From a virus (Duplodnaviria; Caudoviricetes): 60,823 bases of DNA. The notes under the pieces are model-generated. The model worked only from the letters and a program-made list of their open reading frames with translations. It made no database searches and was not told where the DNA came from. Positions 26,999 to 37,804 of this stretch are shown here, piece by piece. A program made the translations under genes and the position numbers. Numbering within the stretch: the stretch's first letter is position 1; every line of letters starts with the position of its first letter. The stretch spans positions 1 through 60,823 of IMG/VR virus record IMGVR_UViG_3300021957_000035; one strand, given 5' to 3'.

Positions 26999-29900
26999 TT
27001 AATCTGATCCAACTATAGTAAACATTATAGTATGAGGGCTAACTAAATTGTTGTCGGTCGGGTCAGTTACAGCGACTGAAAAACCTGTTGAAGTTTTTGA
27101 ATATAAGTCACAAGTTGTACCATTACCAGCACTGACAGCAGTTGAAGACCCTGCGCCATAAGTTACACCATAATTAGAATTTGGCATTGCATTTGAAAAA
27201 GTAACTACAAAAATTCCGTTTACTATTTTGTAAACACTCGCAATATTACCAGAATCTCTTATTGTAGCGGTTGAACTATTACTACCACTACCATTAAAAT
27301 TAACAAATGCTTTTACACCAAATGGCTTTAAATCCATCTTTTTAAGTGTATCAGTTTCAACGGAATAAGTGGCATAGCCACCACCTCCGCGTCCACCGTT
27401 ACCACGGCTCCCAGTACCTCCAGCGCCTCCTGCAGCTAAACTAAATGATATTGTAAAAGGACCAGCATAAGATGTTAAATCATGAGTAAAAACACCAGAT
27501 TGACCTGCGTTACCGCCTCCGCCACCTTTTCGAGAACTAGTCCAAGCAGAAGCATCTCGACCACCGCCGCCACCGCCTCCAGCACCTTTAGAACCAGTTC
27601 CACCTGCGCCATAATTACCACCTCCAGAACCACCTATACCAAATTGAGAATTTTCACCAGCATCTCCATCTGTTTTAGCAGCTCCAAAACCTGTACCTGC
27701 AGCACCGCTTGATACAGTGTTAGTAAATATTGCGGATCCGTTATTATAGATTGTGTAAGAGCTAGAACCACCTGAAGCTGCACCTGTTTGTTGACTGTCA
27801 GCTGCAGCACCGCCACCGCCTGAACCAACTATTGATAAAGTTATAGATTTACTACCAATACCTGTGCTAGAGTTATAACTACCTATTCCTGCTGCACTAA
27901 CATTTAAAACACTAGTTCCTGTATTTTCGTGACTATTTTGAAAAGAAGTATTTGTAGTACCAAGGTAAATATCAGGATTTATAAGCTTTGTTTCTGACTC
28001 TGTAAATTTAACTCCATGAGTATTGCTTGAACCTGCACCACCAGTAGATACAATTGCAAAGTCATGATTAACTCCATTAGAATTAGTTTGAGGGTTTCCA
28101 ACGAAAATACCATTAATAGCATCATCGTCAGGAGTACCTTTATTTACCCTCCATGCACCCCCATCTTCTAACGCAACAGAATTATTTATTTGTAATCTGT
28201 CAACATTAATTTTAACAGCATTTACCTTAGTAAGAAAAGCTTCTTCGCTTATTAAATCATGAGCAAAAAGAGGAGTATCAATTCCTCCAATTTCTGCTGA
28301 ATGATTAGACCAAGTTGAATTAGCAGCATCCCAAGACCTATAACTATAATTATTAGAGTTATCGACTCCATTTGCATTAGTCTGTTGAAATTTTGCCCAT
28401 ACTGCTGATCTAACAGGTATATTTGACATTGCACCTAATTGCGAGTTAGCCTGTAAAAATGCATCAGTTAAATTAGCATTGTTAACTGTATAGTTGCGAA
28501 CATGAGTAGTAATAGTAAGGTTGCTATTGTTAGCAATTGCAAATGTACCTTGACTTTGTACTAGTGTTACATTTAAAAATACAGGCGCTGGGGTAGTATT
28601 AACAGAATCAATATAGTAAAGACCAAAATTACTACTACTAATTTCTACTAAAATAAAATCTCCCGCAACTAATGCATCAAGTTGAGTTGCGTAATTAGTT
28701 CCATTAACATCAGTTCTTTGTATTAAAAGCGCCTCTGCATCTGCCCAGCTTCCATTTTGAGGAACTCTATCATAATATGACCCACCTGACTTTCTTAAGT
28801 ACATTCCTGCGCCACTGGGGTCGTTAGCATTGCTTGTGCTTTCAGGAACAACAGTATAAGTACCTGTAATTGTTATATTAGGATCAGTAAATACTTTGTA
28901 AGGAACAGCAGGACCACCCCAAGAGCTAGATTTGTCTACTCCGGTATACACACTAGACTTTATATAATCCGCATCGTTATTATTTTTTGGATTAGTATCA
29001 ATAAATATTTCTGCACCATTTATAGTAACAATAGTTCCATCTGCACCTTGTTCGCCATCTGCCCCCTTGGGGTTCCAGCCAACCGCATATGAACCTAAAT
29101 TGATTTCTCCACCATATTCCTCAACAGAAACTTCAAACTCAATCATACCAAATGCTTCAGTGGGTGTTGAAGTAATCTTAGCTATTAGCCAGCTATCACC
29201 TTGCGAGAAGGTTAGAAGGCTACCTACTGGACGAGCCGTTAGGTCATTTAGATAATCTGTACCAGCATTTGAGTTTTTATACATTCTGATGTGGGTAAGA
29301 TTGGAAGACCAAGCACCACCCGTTTGGGCATAATAGGTGTCGAATGTTGCTTCGTAAAACAAGAATACTGCTTCACCCGTACTACTAGCGTCAGGAGATG
29401 TGTCTGTGCCAAAAGTCCAGTTATCACTTTGTATGGTTGTAGGGATGCCTTGAGCACCTTGAGCACCTTGAGTACCTACTCTTGAAAGGCTTAATGATTG
29501 AACTTTAGTATAAGTTTCATTACCATTATTTGCTTCATTTCTAATTGTTATAGTATAAGTTATAACTAATGAATCACTAGAAGATGTCCATGAAGAATGA
29601 TCTCCAAATGTAAATGTATTATTGCTTGTAGAAGATGATCCTACTGTTATTCCCGTAACACTTGAAGTTACTTTAAACTCATTTGCAGCATCAACTGTGC
29701 CTGTTGTAGCAGTGAGTGCTGTACTGCCTCTAAACAGTTCAAAACTAGTTCCTGATCCTGTATATACAATATTATTTGTTCCAGTATTTTCAGCAGGGAA
29801 TACATGAGCTTCGTTAGACATAATAATATTAACTATGTTATCTGCAGCAGCTCCAGTTGCGCCATTTGATGCTGTTCTTAATTGTATAATATCTATAGAG

Positions 29901-32900
29901 TCAGTTGCAACTACAGTATTAGTATCTGCTGATTCATACACTTCAACAAGATAAGTACTTTTTGTAGTTGAACTTATCGTATTAGGTAAATTTATTCCGC
30001 TTCCATTTGTAGATAAACTTAAAGTACTAGTAGAAGATATATTACTAGCATTACTACCATCCTTTTTAAAAATAAATTTAGGATTATTAAAGTTTTGAGC
30101 ACTAGCTGTAAGACCTACAGAAGTTGGAGATGGACTTGCACCGCTAGTATTGTATATAACAGAGTAGTCATCAGCCACTAGATTTACTGTTTTAGCTGCC
30201 GTTCCAGTAGCGCCAACATTACCTTGCTTAGATTTACTAAAAGATTGAGTTTTAGTATAAGTCTCATCACCGTCATTAGCTTCGTTTCTAACTGTAATAG
30301 TATAAGTTATTGATCCTTGGTCTGCACTCATTGCTGTGTGATCTGCAAAGGTTACTGTATTACCAGAGGCACTAGGTGAACTACTTGTTGCTAACGTCAT
30401 ATTTGTAGCATTAGCAGATACTTTAAATTCATTTGCTCCTAAAGCTTGTTGTGCAGTTTTGGTAGTTGCAGTTAGTGCTGTAGCACCTCTAAATATTTCA
30501 ATTCCAGTGCCTGAACCTGCAAAGCTAGTAACTGTTCCTGCGTTATTTGCAGCAAAAACATGAGCCTCGTTAGTCATAATAATTGTAACTATGTTGTCTG
30601 CATCTTCACCGTTAGTACCATTAGTTCCATTTGTACCGTTAGTTCCATTTGTACCGTTGGAAGCTGTTTTAAGAGATACTATATCTATAGAGTCTGTAGC
30701 TTCAACACTACCTCCACTTTCTTTAACTTCAACTAAATATGTATTTTTAGTATTAACACTTATAGTACTGGCTATACTATTTGTTCCAGTATTTGCTGTT
30801 GAAAGTCCAAGAGTATTTCCGCTTGCAAATGTAGTAGCTCCCGTTCCATTCTTTTTAAATGAAAATTCAGGATTAGTAAACCCTTGAGAAGAAGCTGTTA
30901 GCGTTGCTGTAGTTGCAGGGCTAGTTGAAATATTTCCACTAGCATCATAAATTAACGAATAATCATCAGAAGTAAGATTAACAGTCTTAGCATTAGTGCC
31001 TGAAGCTCCTGGATTTCCATCAGCACCTGCTTTAGACTTGCTTAAAGATTGACTTTTAACGTAAGTTTCGTTACCGTTATTAACCTCATTTCTAACTGTA
31101 ATAGTATATGGTAATACAATAACATCAACACTAGATGACATATTTGAATGATCAGCAAATACAAATTGGTTACTACTAACAGAACCAGCGCCTTCGGTTA
31201 TGTTTGCATTATTAGCTACAGTAACTTTAAATTGATTTTGTCCTACTGTTCCTGTGGTCGGAGTTAGTTGAGTAGAACCTCTAAATAATTCAAATAAAGT
31301 TCCAGAGCCAGTATGACTACTTACTACACCTGCACTACTAGCTGGAAGAACATGCGCTTCATTAGACATTACAATATTAACAATATTTGCAGCATCAGCA
31401 CCATCATTACCATCAGCACCATCACTACCATCATTACCGTTATTACCATCACTACCATCACTACCATCAGCGCCGTTTGTACCGTTAGTGCCATCTGTAG
31501 CTGTTTTTATAGCAAGTAAAGTTATTGAATCATTAGCTACTTCGGTAGAAGTGTCTGCAGCTTCTACAGTAGAAACATTAAAAGTAAAGGTAGTATTAGC
31601 AGAAATATTACTAGGCAATGTAAAGGTTGCAGTATTTCCTGTTTTATAGCTTGTTTCATCTGTAAAAGCAGTACCGCCTCCTGTAAACTTAAATCTAGTC
31701 GAATTAAAATTTTGAGCATTAGCTGTTAAAGTTATAGAAGAAGGTGAGGGGGTAGCGCCACTAGTATTGTAAATTATAGAGTAATTACTAGATGTTAAGT
31801 TAACAACTTTAGCATTAGATCCTGTGCCATCTACTCCATCTTCACCTACGAATTTTTTAAACTCTAATGTTTGCGTTGAAGCTCTAATAGGTAAATCATT
31901 AGAAGTTAAATCTTCTCCGTTGTTAATAAAGAAAGCAACAAATTGATTATTTCCAACCGTTAAACTTTGATTGTTACTAGCTTGAGTTGCAGTATCAGCA
32001 TAAATAGGTTCTACTTTGCCAACTGTAATAAGATTAAGACCTTGAGTAATATGTACTCTTTCAGATCTTAACCCTGTAATATTCTTAGATCTTACAGAGA
32101 ATTGATATGTTCCTGTTTTAAAACCTATAAGATCAAACTCTGTAGTTGTGCTAGTACCTATACTTCTATAATTACTATAAGTAGTATCACCATTACTATC
32201 TGTTCCGGTTGCGGTTCTAACTTCTATTATATACTCAATTACTGAAGCATCATTTGCTGCAGTCCAAGTAAGTTTACCTGAAGAAGTACCTGATATATTA
32301 GCCGTACTATTATAAGCTAGGCTAGTAGGAGGAGCTACTACAAAATCAAAGTCTGGTTTAACAATGTAGTCTAAATCATTAGGAACATTCCAAGCTAATA
32401 CACTAAAGTCAAATTTATAAGCAGAAATTTCTACTGAAAAATCATTAAGAACTTTTATAGATTCTACTCGATATGCCTCGTTACTTATACTCATTGTAGG
32501 TATATTAACTTTAATAAGATCTCCAGGTTCTACTGTAAGTCCTTCTTTATTAACACTAAAATTTAATATATAAAGCGCTCTAGATTTTCTTACTTGTTGT
32601 TCTGCTAATGCTTGTGCATGATATTTACTAGTAACTCCATCACCTTGCAAAGAAGTTGTTAGCGGTTGATTATTATCTTCTGTTAAATAAGTTTGGTGTA
32701 TAGAACTGTTTGTAGGAGGCCAAGTAAAAGTATCATCTTTAAAATTTTCAAACTCATTATCAAAGCTAACTGTTATTTGATTAAATCTTTCTTGAGCTTT
32801 TGGAAATGCTAATTTAACAGAATCACGTACTATATTATCTTCATTAAAAGTTTGAGTAACTAAAGTATCTTGCTGAGCCTGTGTTTGAGGATAAGATAAA

Positions 32901-34054
32901 ATAAGCTTATACTTACCTTGAGGAGTCCAAACAAGATCAGACAATCCCATTGTATTAAGAATACGCTCAATATTATTTCGAATAGTTTCTTCGGTGCTTA
33001 AAGTAATATTACACTCATAAAGAGGAATAGTAGCTGTAGCAGGTGCAGTAGTTAATGTATAAGCTGCTGTTATATTTTCACCCGAACCTGACTGAGTTTG
33101 AGTGTATAATGTATCAGCAGTTTCATCATAATACAAATAACCAGCCATATAAGGTTCAATGTTTGTACTAGGAAAATCAGATAAAGATGTATAAGAAAAT
33201 ATAGGCTTTACATCATTAACTTCCCCGCCAATAGTAGCGCCTGTTAAAACAGGAGTCTCACAAATATCTGCTGCATTATAAAAAGATTCTAAGTCTACAT
33301 CAGTAGCAGCTAATCCTCTTCCAAAATTACTATTTAATAAATAGTCTAACAAACACAAAGCAGGGTTATTAGAATAAGTATAACTTGAACTTAAAGAATA
33401 AGTGTAATTAGGACTTGAGCCACTACGAGTAATAGCTCGTACTTTTCTTCCTTTAACAATATAACCCATAGAGGGAATGCCGCTGTATTGAGGTTCTTCT
33501 CTATTTAATTTAAAAAAGTTATTAACGTAAGCACAGCCAGTAAATTTATTTGTAGAAGGAAATCCAAAACCAGTTGCAGAAGCGTCTGCTGTTCCACCAT
33601 CTGTGTGTATTAAAAATCTATGATTAAAAGAAGATTTGTTTTCTTTCATTTCTTTAGTATAGCCGCGATAATCAACATCATTAACTAAAATATGTTTTAT
33701 ACCTTCAATACCACCATGGCATAAGGCTGTTTGAACGGCAAGAAATTCGTTTTTAGAACCTAGTTGTTGTCCACTACCAAAATCAGTAGCTAATACTTGA
33801 TCAGCATTTTCAGTAACAGAAGGATAACTTGAGTTTACTTTATAGCTACAATGAATCCCTCCTATTCTTTGTTTTCCATAAACAATAGGCAATGGTGCAG
33901 AAGTTCCAGATACAGTAAACTTTTGCCCTTTTCGGGCATCAGCTGCTGCATCCATTTTCTTTTTCATTTTTTCTGTTTGTTTTTGTTGATACGCCATGGA
34001 AGCAGCAGTTAAAGCCATTTGTATCATTTGTAATGTAAATGGATCTAATCCCAT
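26999..34054 (-). CDS. central tail tip / host-specificity protein (gpJ-like) with a long fibre extension
   Basis: PLPIVYG, YSNNPALCLLDYL, VEPGDLIKV, FN3-like domain, G-X-X stretches, repeated NEAHV domains, Gly-rich C-terminus. Confidence 0.88.
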   Translation of the reverse strand: MGLDPFTLQMIQMALTAASMAYQQKQTEKMKKKMDAAADARKGQKFTVSGTSAPLPIVYGKQRIGGIHCSYKVNSSYPSVTENADQVLATDFGSGQQLGSKNEFLAVQTALCHGGIEGIKHILVNDVDYRGYTKEMKENKSSFNHRFLIHTDGGTADASATGFGFPSTNKFTGCAYVNNFFKLNREEPQYSGIPSMGYIVKGRKVRAITRSGSSPNYTYSLSSSYTYSNNPALCLLDYLLNSNFGRGLAATDVDLESFYNAADICETPVLTGATIGGEVNDVKPIFSYTSLSDFPSTNIEPYMAGYLYYDETADTLYTQTQSGSGENITAAYTLTTAPATATIPLYECNITLSTEETIRNNIERILNTMGLSDLVWTPQGKYKLILSYPQTQAQQDTLVTQTFNEDNIVRDSVKLAFPKAQERFNQITVSFDNEFENFKDDTFTWPPTNSSIHQTYLTEDNNQPLTTSLQGDGVTSKYHAQALAEQQVRKSRALYILNFSVNKEGLTVEPGDLIKVNIPTMSISNEAYRVESIKVLNDFSVEISAYKFDFSVLAWNVPNDLDYIVKPDFDFVVAPPTSLAYNSTANISGTSSGKLTWTAANDASVIEYIIEVRTATGTDSNGDTTYSNYRSIGTSTTTEFDLIGFKTGTYQFSVRSKNITGLRSERVHITQGLNLITVGKVEPIYADTATQASNNQSLTVGNNQFVAFFINNGEDLTSNDLPIRASTQTLEFKKFVGEDGVDGTGSNAKVVNLTSSNYSIIYNTSGATPSPSSITLTANAQNFNSTRFKFTGGGTAFTDETSYKTGNTATFTLPSNISANTTFTFNVSTVEAADTSTEVANDSITLLAIKTATDGTNGTNGADGSDGSDGNNGNDGSDGADGNDGADAANIVNIVMSNEAHVLPASSAGVVSSHTGSGTLFELFRGSTQLTPTTGTVGQNQFKVTVANNANITEGAGSVSSNQFVFADHSNMSSSVDVIVLPYTITVRNEVNNGNETYVKSQSLSKSKAGADGNPGASGTNAKTVNLTSDDYSLIYDASGNISTSPATTATLTASSQGFTNPEFSFKKNGTGATTFASGNTLGLSTANTGTNSIASTISVNTKNTYLVEVKESGGSVEATDSIDIVSLKTASNGTNGTNGTNGTNGTNGEDADNIVTIIMTNEAHVFAANNAGTVTSFAGSGTGIEIFRGATALTATTKTAQQALGANEFKVSANATNMTLATSSSPSASGNTVTFADHTAMSADQGSITYTITVRNEANDGDETYTKTQSFSKSKQGNVGATGTAAKTVNLVADDYSVIYNTSGASPSPTSVGLTASAQNFNNPKFIFKKDGSNASNISSTSTLSLSTNGSGINLPNTISSTTKSTYLVEVYESADTNTVVATDSIDIIQLRTASNGATGAAADNIVNIIMSNEAHVFPAENTGTNNIVYTGSGTSFELFRGSTALTATTGTVDAANEFKVTSSVTGITVGSSSTSNNTFTFGDHSSWTSSSDSLVITYTITIRNEANNGNETYTKVQSLSLSRVGTQGAQGAQGIPTTIQSDNWTFGTDTSPDASSTGEAVFLFYEATFDTYYAQTGGAWSSNLTHIRMYKNSNAGTDYLNDLTARPVGSLLTFSQGDSWLIAKITSTPTEAFGMIEFEVSVEEYGGEINLGSYAVGWNPKGADGEQGADGTIVTINGAEIFIDTNPKNNNDADYIKSSVYTGVDKSSSWGGPAVPYKVFTDPNITITGTYTVVPESTSNANDPSGAGMYLRKSGGSYYDRVPQNGSWADAEALLIQRTDVNGTNYATQLDALVAGDFILVEISSSNFGLYYIDSVNTTPAPVFLNVTLVQSQGTFAIANNSNLTITTHVRNYTVNNANLTDAFLQANSQLGAMSNIPVRSAVWAKFQQTNANGVDNSNNYSYRSWDAANSTWSNHSAEIGGIDTPLFAHDLISEEAFLTKVNAVKINVDRLQINNSVALEDGGAWRVNKGTPDDDAINGIFVGNPQTNSNGVNHDFAIVSTGGAGSSNTHGVKFTESETKLINPDIYLGTTNTSFQNSHENTGTSVLNVSAAGIGSYNSSTGIGSKSITLSIVGSGGGGAAADSQQTGAASGGSSSYTIYNNGSAIFTNTVSSGAAGTGFGAAKTDGDAGENSQFGIGGSGGGNYGAGGTGSKGAGGGGGGGRDASAWTSSRKGGGGGNAGQSGVFTHDLTSYAGPFTISFSLAAGGAGGTGSRGNGGRGGGGYATYSVETDTLKKMDLKPFGVKAFVNFNGSGSNSSTATIRDSGNIASVYKIVNGIFVVTFSNAMPNSNYGVTYGAGSSTAVSAGNGTTCDLYSKTSTGFSVAVTDPTDNNLVSPHTIMFTIVGSD

Positions 34055-34791
34055 TATACTTTCCCCCACTTAAGATTAATCTCACTGTCTTCGTAAAGAC
34101 TATCAAAAGATGTATCTGAGGCATCTAATTGATCCATGCCATCTTTAGAAACCATTTTTACATTAACTTGATCTAAATCTGCCATTGGCGAAGTTCCTTC
34201 AATTACAGCTAATTTAGTATCCCAGTTATTTTCGATAGAAGGTCCATCAACAAAGCCTGAATACAAATTAATTATATCTTCTGTAGCAATTAAAGGTTGA
34301 TCATTAGCAGGGTTAATAATTCCCACTTTAACTCTTATAGGCGCACCAATAACACCCGCTTTAAAATGAGCAGCAAATTGATCTGAAATATCAGTAATAA
34401 CTATTTTATAGGCTTCTCTGTCTAAAACAGAAGAAAAATTAGGAGCTTCAAATTCAAATAATCCACCATCGGCTATATAAGTATTACTATCCCAAGTAAT
34501 ATTCCTATTATAGCTTGTAAAGTAATAATTAGTTGTTGAATAACCATCTGTTGTATAGTTTATATTAGTACTCCAATTTGAAGAACTTCCACTAGGTGTA
34601 CTATTACTATTATTTGAAGTTGCAATGTATTTTACTTCATTAAGTACTACTATGTCTCCGGTAATATAATTTGTACTACTAGACCATGTAGTAGGCGTTT
34701 TATAATATTTAAATTCTAATTCAATTAAAAAGAAATACTTAAATCGCTCCGCATTAATTGCAGTTTGAACTGCTGAACTAAACTCTCTCAT
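34054..34791 (-). CDS. tail tip/hub protein with an inserted CBM5/12-like module
   Basis: Ends in LKWG before the gpJ-like gene; insert WSSSTNYITGDIV...KYIA...P...W. Confidence 0.65.
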   Translation of the reverse strand: MREFSSAVQTAINAERFKYFFLIELEFKYYKTPTTWSSSTNYITGDIVVLNEVKYIATSNNSNSTPSGSSSNWSTNINYTTDGYSTTNYYFTSYNRNITWDSNTYIADGGLFEFEAPNFSSVLDREAYKIVITDISDQFAAHFKAGVIGAPIRVKVGIINPANDQPLIATEDIINLYSGFVDGPSIENNWDTKLAVIEGTSPMADLDQVNVKMVSKDGMDQLDASDTSFDSLYEDSEINLKWGKV

Positions 34792-35402
34792 TATAACGCC
34801 TCAATTAAATTAATTGTACCAATGTTAGAAAGAATACCGTCCGTATAAGTAATTCCCATTTGATTATCAATGCTTTTAAAATAACTTATAACACAGCTAT
34901 CACCTGTTAATAGGTTAGTACCATTAGGAACAGCAGAAACTAAATTAGGATAAATATTTAAAGTTCTACTAGTTGTAGTTCCGGTAAGAGTAAGCTCATT
35001 AGTAGTAATATATACCTTTGAGTGATTAGCAAATTTAATAAAGCTACCTTTTGGTAATATGCCTTCTTGAGAAGAACTATTATTAATTGATATTGAAGAA
35101 ACACCTGCCGCTGCTGTGGAACCTACATTAGTACTAGAAAGAGTATTTGTATTTCCTTCCTTAATTAATTGAGGCATAATCATAGTATCAGATGTATCAA
35201 AGTTAACTATAGTACTTAAAAATAATTCTGCCGCTTTATCTTCATTTGATAAAGCATTAAAGCTTAATTCCCACCGTTGATGGTCTTGAGAAGCTCTTTG
35301 AGTCTTTAATGAGACTGTTGTCATGTCAAAGTAGGGTTCATTTGACGATATTGTAATGGGCGCAAGTATTTCAGCACCTTGATAAAAATAAGTTTTTGCC
35401 AT
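34791..35402 (-). CDS. distal tail protein-like
   Basis: QRWELSF, GSFIKFANHSKVY, LNIYPNL; position. Confidence 0.6.
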   Translation of the reverse strand: MAKTYFYQGAEILAPITISSNEPYFDMTTVSLKTQRASQDHQRWELSFNALSNEDKAAELFLSTIVNFDTSDTMIMPQLIKEGNTNTLSSTNVGSTAAAGVSSISINNSSSQEGILPKGSFIKFANHSKVYITTNELTLTGTTTSRTLNIYPNLVSAVPNGTNLLTGDSCVISYFKSIDNQMGITYTDGILSNIGTINLIEAL

Positions 35403-35406
35403 TTTT

Positions 35407-35844
35407 TTATTTCCTTGGTCTAGCTAATTCTAAGTGTCTTTCTAAGAATAGTACTTGTCTATCTTCACGTACACCTAAATTGTCTTCACGAGTAAGATGC
35501 CAAAAGCCATCCCCCGCAATCATTGCCGACCCTTTTTCAAAAGCAATATCACCTAGCTTGGGTCTTCTACTAGGGATGTATTCATAGCCACAATATTCGG
35601 CATAAGTTTTTAGAGTATATCCACTCTTTAATAGTTGATGAAGCCATTCTCTTGATGACTTCCAACGGGCAGTAAATAAGCCTCTAGCCTTACTTGTTCC
35701 TCTAAGTTCTAAGTCGTACTCAGCAAATAAAGCGAAACAATCATTTACACCTCTTGTATATTCTTTGCAAGCATTAGTTAACTGATTTATAGTATCAGTA
35801 GCCCGTTGCAAGGCTGTTAACATTTCTTCGTCTGTATAATACAT
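35407..35844 (-). CDS. NlpC/P60-like tail tip assembly protein
   Basis: GVNDCFAL, PKLGDIA. Confidence 0.55.
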   Translation of the reverse strand: MYYTDEEMLTALQRATDTINQLTNACKEYTRGVNDCFALFAEYDLELRGTSKARGLFTARWKSSREWLHQLLKSGYTLKTYAEYCGYEYIPSRRPKLGDIAFEKGSAMIAGDGFWHLTREDNLGVREDRQVLFLERHLELARPRK

Positions 35845-35945
35845 CTTACTATCTCTCTGCTACAGAGTGCTGCAGAGAGCAACGATAAAGCTTATTAGAT
35901 AATTACCCCTATACACAAGCCTTAATGCTACTCTCTGTGTCTCTT

Positions 35946-36629
35946 TTATAACTTTTCTTTAATAAACATTCTTACTAGATCTGCTACAATATCACTACGA
36001 ACAATATCATCTACTGTAAACTTAATTACAGGTAGTGGTATGTAATTCTTTTTAATTAAAGCACAAAACTTTAATAAGTCTTGACCTTTGCGCACATCGG
36101 ATTGTGCTGGATCTCCCATAAGCACTAACTTAGAATTTTCCCCTAGACGAGTACTAATTGCTTTAAGTTCATCAATCGAAAGATTTTGAGCTTCGTCTAC
36201 GAGTACTAAAGAGTTCTCAAAAGAACGTCCTCGTATTGTTTCAATAGGTTGAATTTCAATTTCACCCTTATTAATCATGTATTTATATTTTTCTTTACAG
36301 AAAGCCCGTTCAAACACTTCTAGAATAGGCAAGAGCCAAGGTGTCATTTTTTCTTGAATAGTTCCAGGAAAATGACCTAAGCTTTTACCTGTAGATACGT
36401 TAGCACGAGTAATTACAATTTTCTCATAACCGCCTTTTTGGTAAAGATGTGCGACCGTTCCTGTACTGCAGTAGGTTTTTCCGGTTCCAGCGCAACCAAT
36501 AGCAACAGTAATAGGATAGACTTTAATAGAGCGAATGAGTTTATCTTGCTTTTCATTCTTTGGTATGACATGGAATCCTATCCTGTGTATATTATTTTTA
36601 GTAGCATAACGAGATTTTCTTTTGCTCAA
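35946..36629 (-). CDS. phoH: PhoH-family ATPase
   Basis: GCAGTGKT, LGHFPG, IRGRSF, DEAQN, GDPAQSD, DIVRS. Confidence 0.95.
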   Translation of the reverse strand: MSKRKSRYATKNNIHRIGFHVIPKNEKQDKLIRSIKVYPITVAIGCAGTGKTYCSTGTVAHLYQKGGYEKIVITRANVSTGKSLGHFPGTIQEKMTPWLLPILEVFERAFCKEKYKYMINKGEIEIQPIETIRGRSFENSLVLVDEAQNLSIDELKAISTRLGENSKLVLMGDPAQSDVRKGQDLLKFCALIKKNYIPLPVIKFTVDDIVRSDIVADLVRMFIKEKL

Positions 36630-36656
36630 ATTTTTATTTCCTTAATTTCAAGTCAA

Positions 36657-37007
36657 TTAGCTATCAAACGCAATCATACAATGCATATCTACATCATAAT
36701 TTGATTGTGCATCATAAAGACATACAGCGCTCATATAAGCTGATGAAGCATGTGAATAAAAGCCTATATACCGATATGGATTGCTTGCATATCCGGCGCT
36801 CCCTGCTGAAGCAAAATAAATATTAGTCATATTGTTACTAAAATTTGCTCTTACATTTCCAGTTCCTATATCCGTAACACTACTTACATTTTTGCTATCT
36901 TTGATTGTCTGAGTACTATAAGTGTAAGTGTGAACCCAAGCCTTTACAGTATCTTCTGGTGCAACACCGCTATCAAAGTTATCGTTTCCACGGATTGTGC
37001 TAGTCAT
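36657..37007 (-). CDS. small fibre-tip-like protein
   Basis: VKAWV...NVSSVTDIGTG; paralogue of the gpJ-like C-terminus. Confidence 0.6.
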   Translation of the reverse strand: MTSTIRGNDNFDSGVAPEDTVKAWVHTYTYSTQTIKDSKNVSSVTDIGTGNVRANFSNNMTNIYFASAGSAGYASNPYRYIGFYSHASSAYMSAVCLYDAQSNYDVDMHCMIAFDS

Positions 37008-37008
37008 T

Positions 37009-37368
37009 TTATTCCACCGTTACATTAGGAATTGGTTGAATAGCTTTTAATTCGTTAGGAGTTGTAGCGTTTTCTATAGTTGATAAACCAGGAGCATCAC
37101 GTAAAGCTTGTTTTTGAGCAACAATACTTGATGTATCTGCACTAGTTTCTAAAGCTTTCATGTAAGCTGTATCTAAAGAAGCTAAAGGTTCAGTTCTAGC
37201 CATACGAATTTTATTTCGCCAAATGTCTTTAGCTTTTTCCATATTTACAGAAATTATACCTGTGTCTGTATTAGCTTCCCAACTTTCACGAAAAGTACGC
37301 TCTGCTGGGGTTGTGTAATCTGCGGCGTCATATTCTGTAGCGCCAATCTTAATGAATGTTTGTGTCAT
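37009..37368 (-). CDS. tail fibre assembly chaperone-like protein
   Basis: RTFRESW, KIRMARTEPLASLD, KQALRDAP. Confidence 0.65.
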   Translation of the reverse strand: MTQTFIKIGATEYDAADYTTPAERTFRESWEANTDTGIISVNMEKAKDIWRNKIRMARTEPLASLDTAYMKALETSADTSSIVAQKQALRDAPGLSTIENATTPNELKAIQPIPNVTVE

Positions 37369-37438
37369 TGTGTTACTCCGTGAAAGTTGTCAGGGTCTTC
37401 TAAGATGATGCGGTATTTTGTCATAACATTTAATTTCC

Positions 37439-37804
37439 TTAATAAAAAACAGTAGATACAAACTCTGGCGAATCTGAAGGAGTAAAAGCTGAACCAAGAT
37501 TATTGCTGGATTCGTGATAAAATGCGGTAGTTGTCATTACCGAATTGTTGCGTCTTCCAGCGTGCATTTGAGAAGATGCAGTGCTATTCCACACCGCTGA
37601 TACAGCATAACTGTAATTGCTACTTGGTATTGCCACTGAGAAGTTTGACGTATATGTTCCTGTGCCGTTGTCAGTAATACTACTAACATTGCTATTATCA
37701 CGAATGGATACAGTTCCTGTGCCATTGAAGTTTACCCAAGCCCTAGCAGAATGAAGAGGAGCACCACCTGTAGTTTGTAGGTTATCAACCTTAATCGTAC
37801 TCAT
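37439..37804 (-). CDS. small fibre-tip-like protein
   Basis: MSTIKVDNLQ start; ARAWVNFNGTGTVSIRD..NVSSITDNGTG. Confidence 0.65.
   Translation of the reverse strand: MSTIKVDNLQTTGGAPLHSARAWVNFNGTGTVSIRDNSNVSSITDNGTGTYTSNFSVAIPSSNYSYAVSAVWNSTASSQMHAGRRNNSVMTTTAFYHESSNNLGSAFTPSDSPEFVSTVFY

Noticed and set aside
26990-27000. Homopolymer run as a phase-variation site (also ~4420 and ~51754)
   Set aside because: Essentially intergenic; two follow hairpins as U tracts; no reading frame is disrupted
37407-37424. Intergenic sequence partly resembling the class-1 motif (gatgcggtattttgtcat)
   Set aside because: Several mismatches, and it lacks the CTATAA end; not distinguishable from chance
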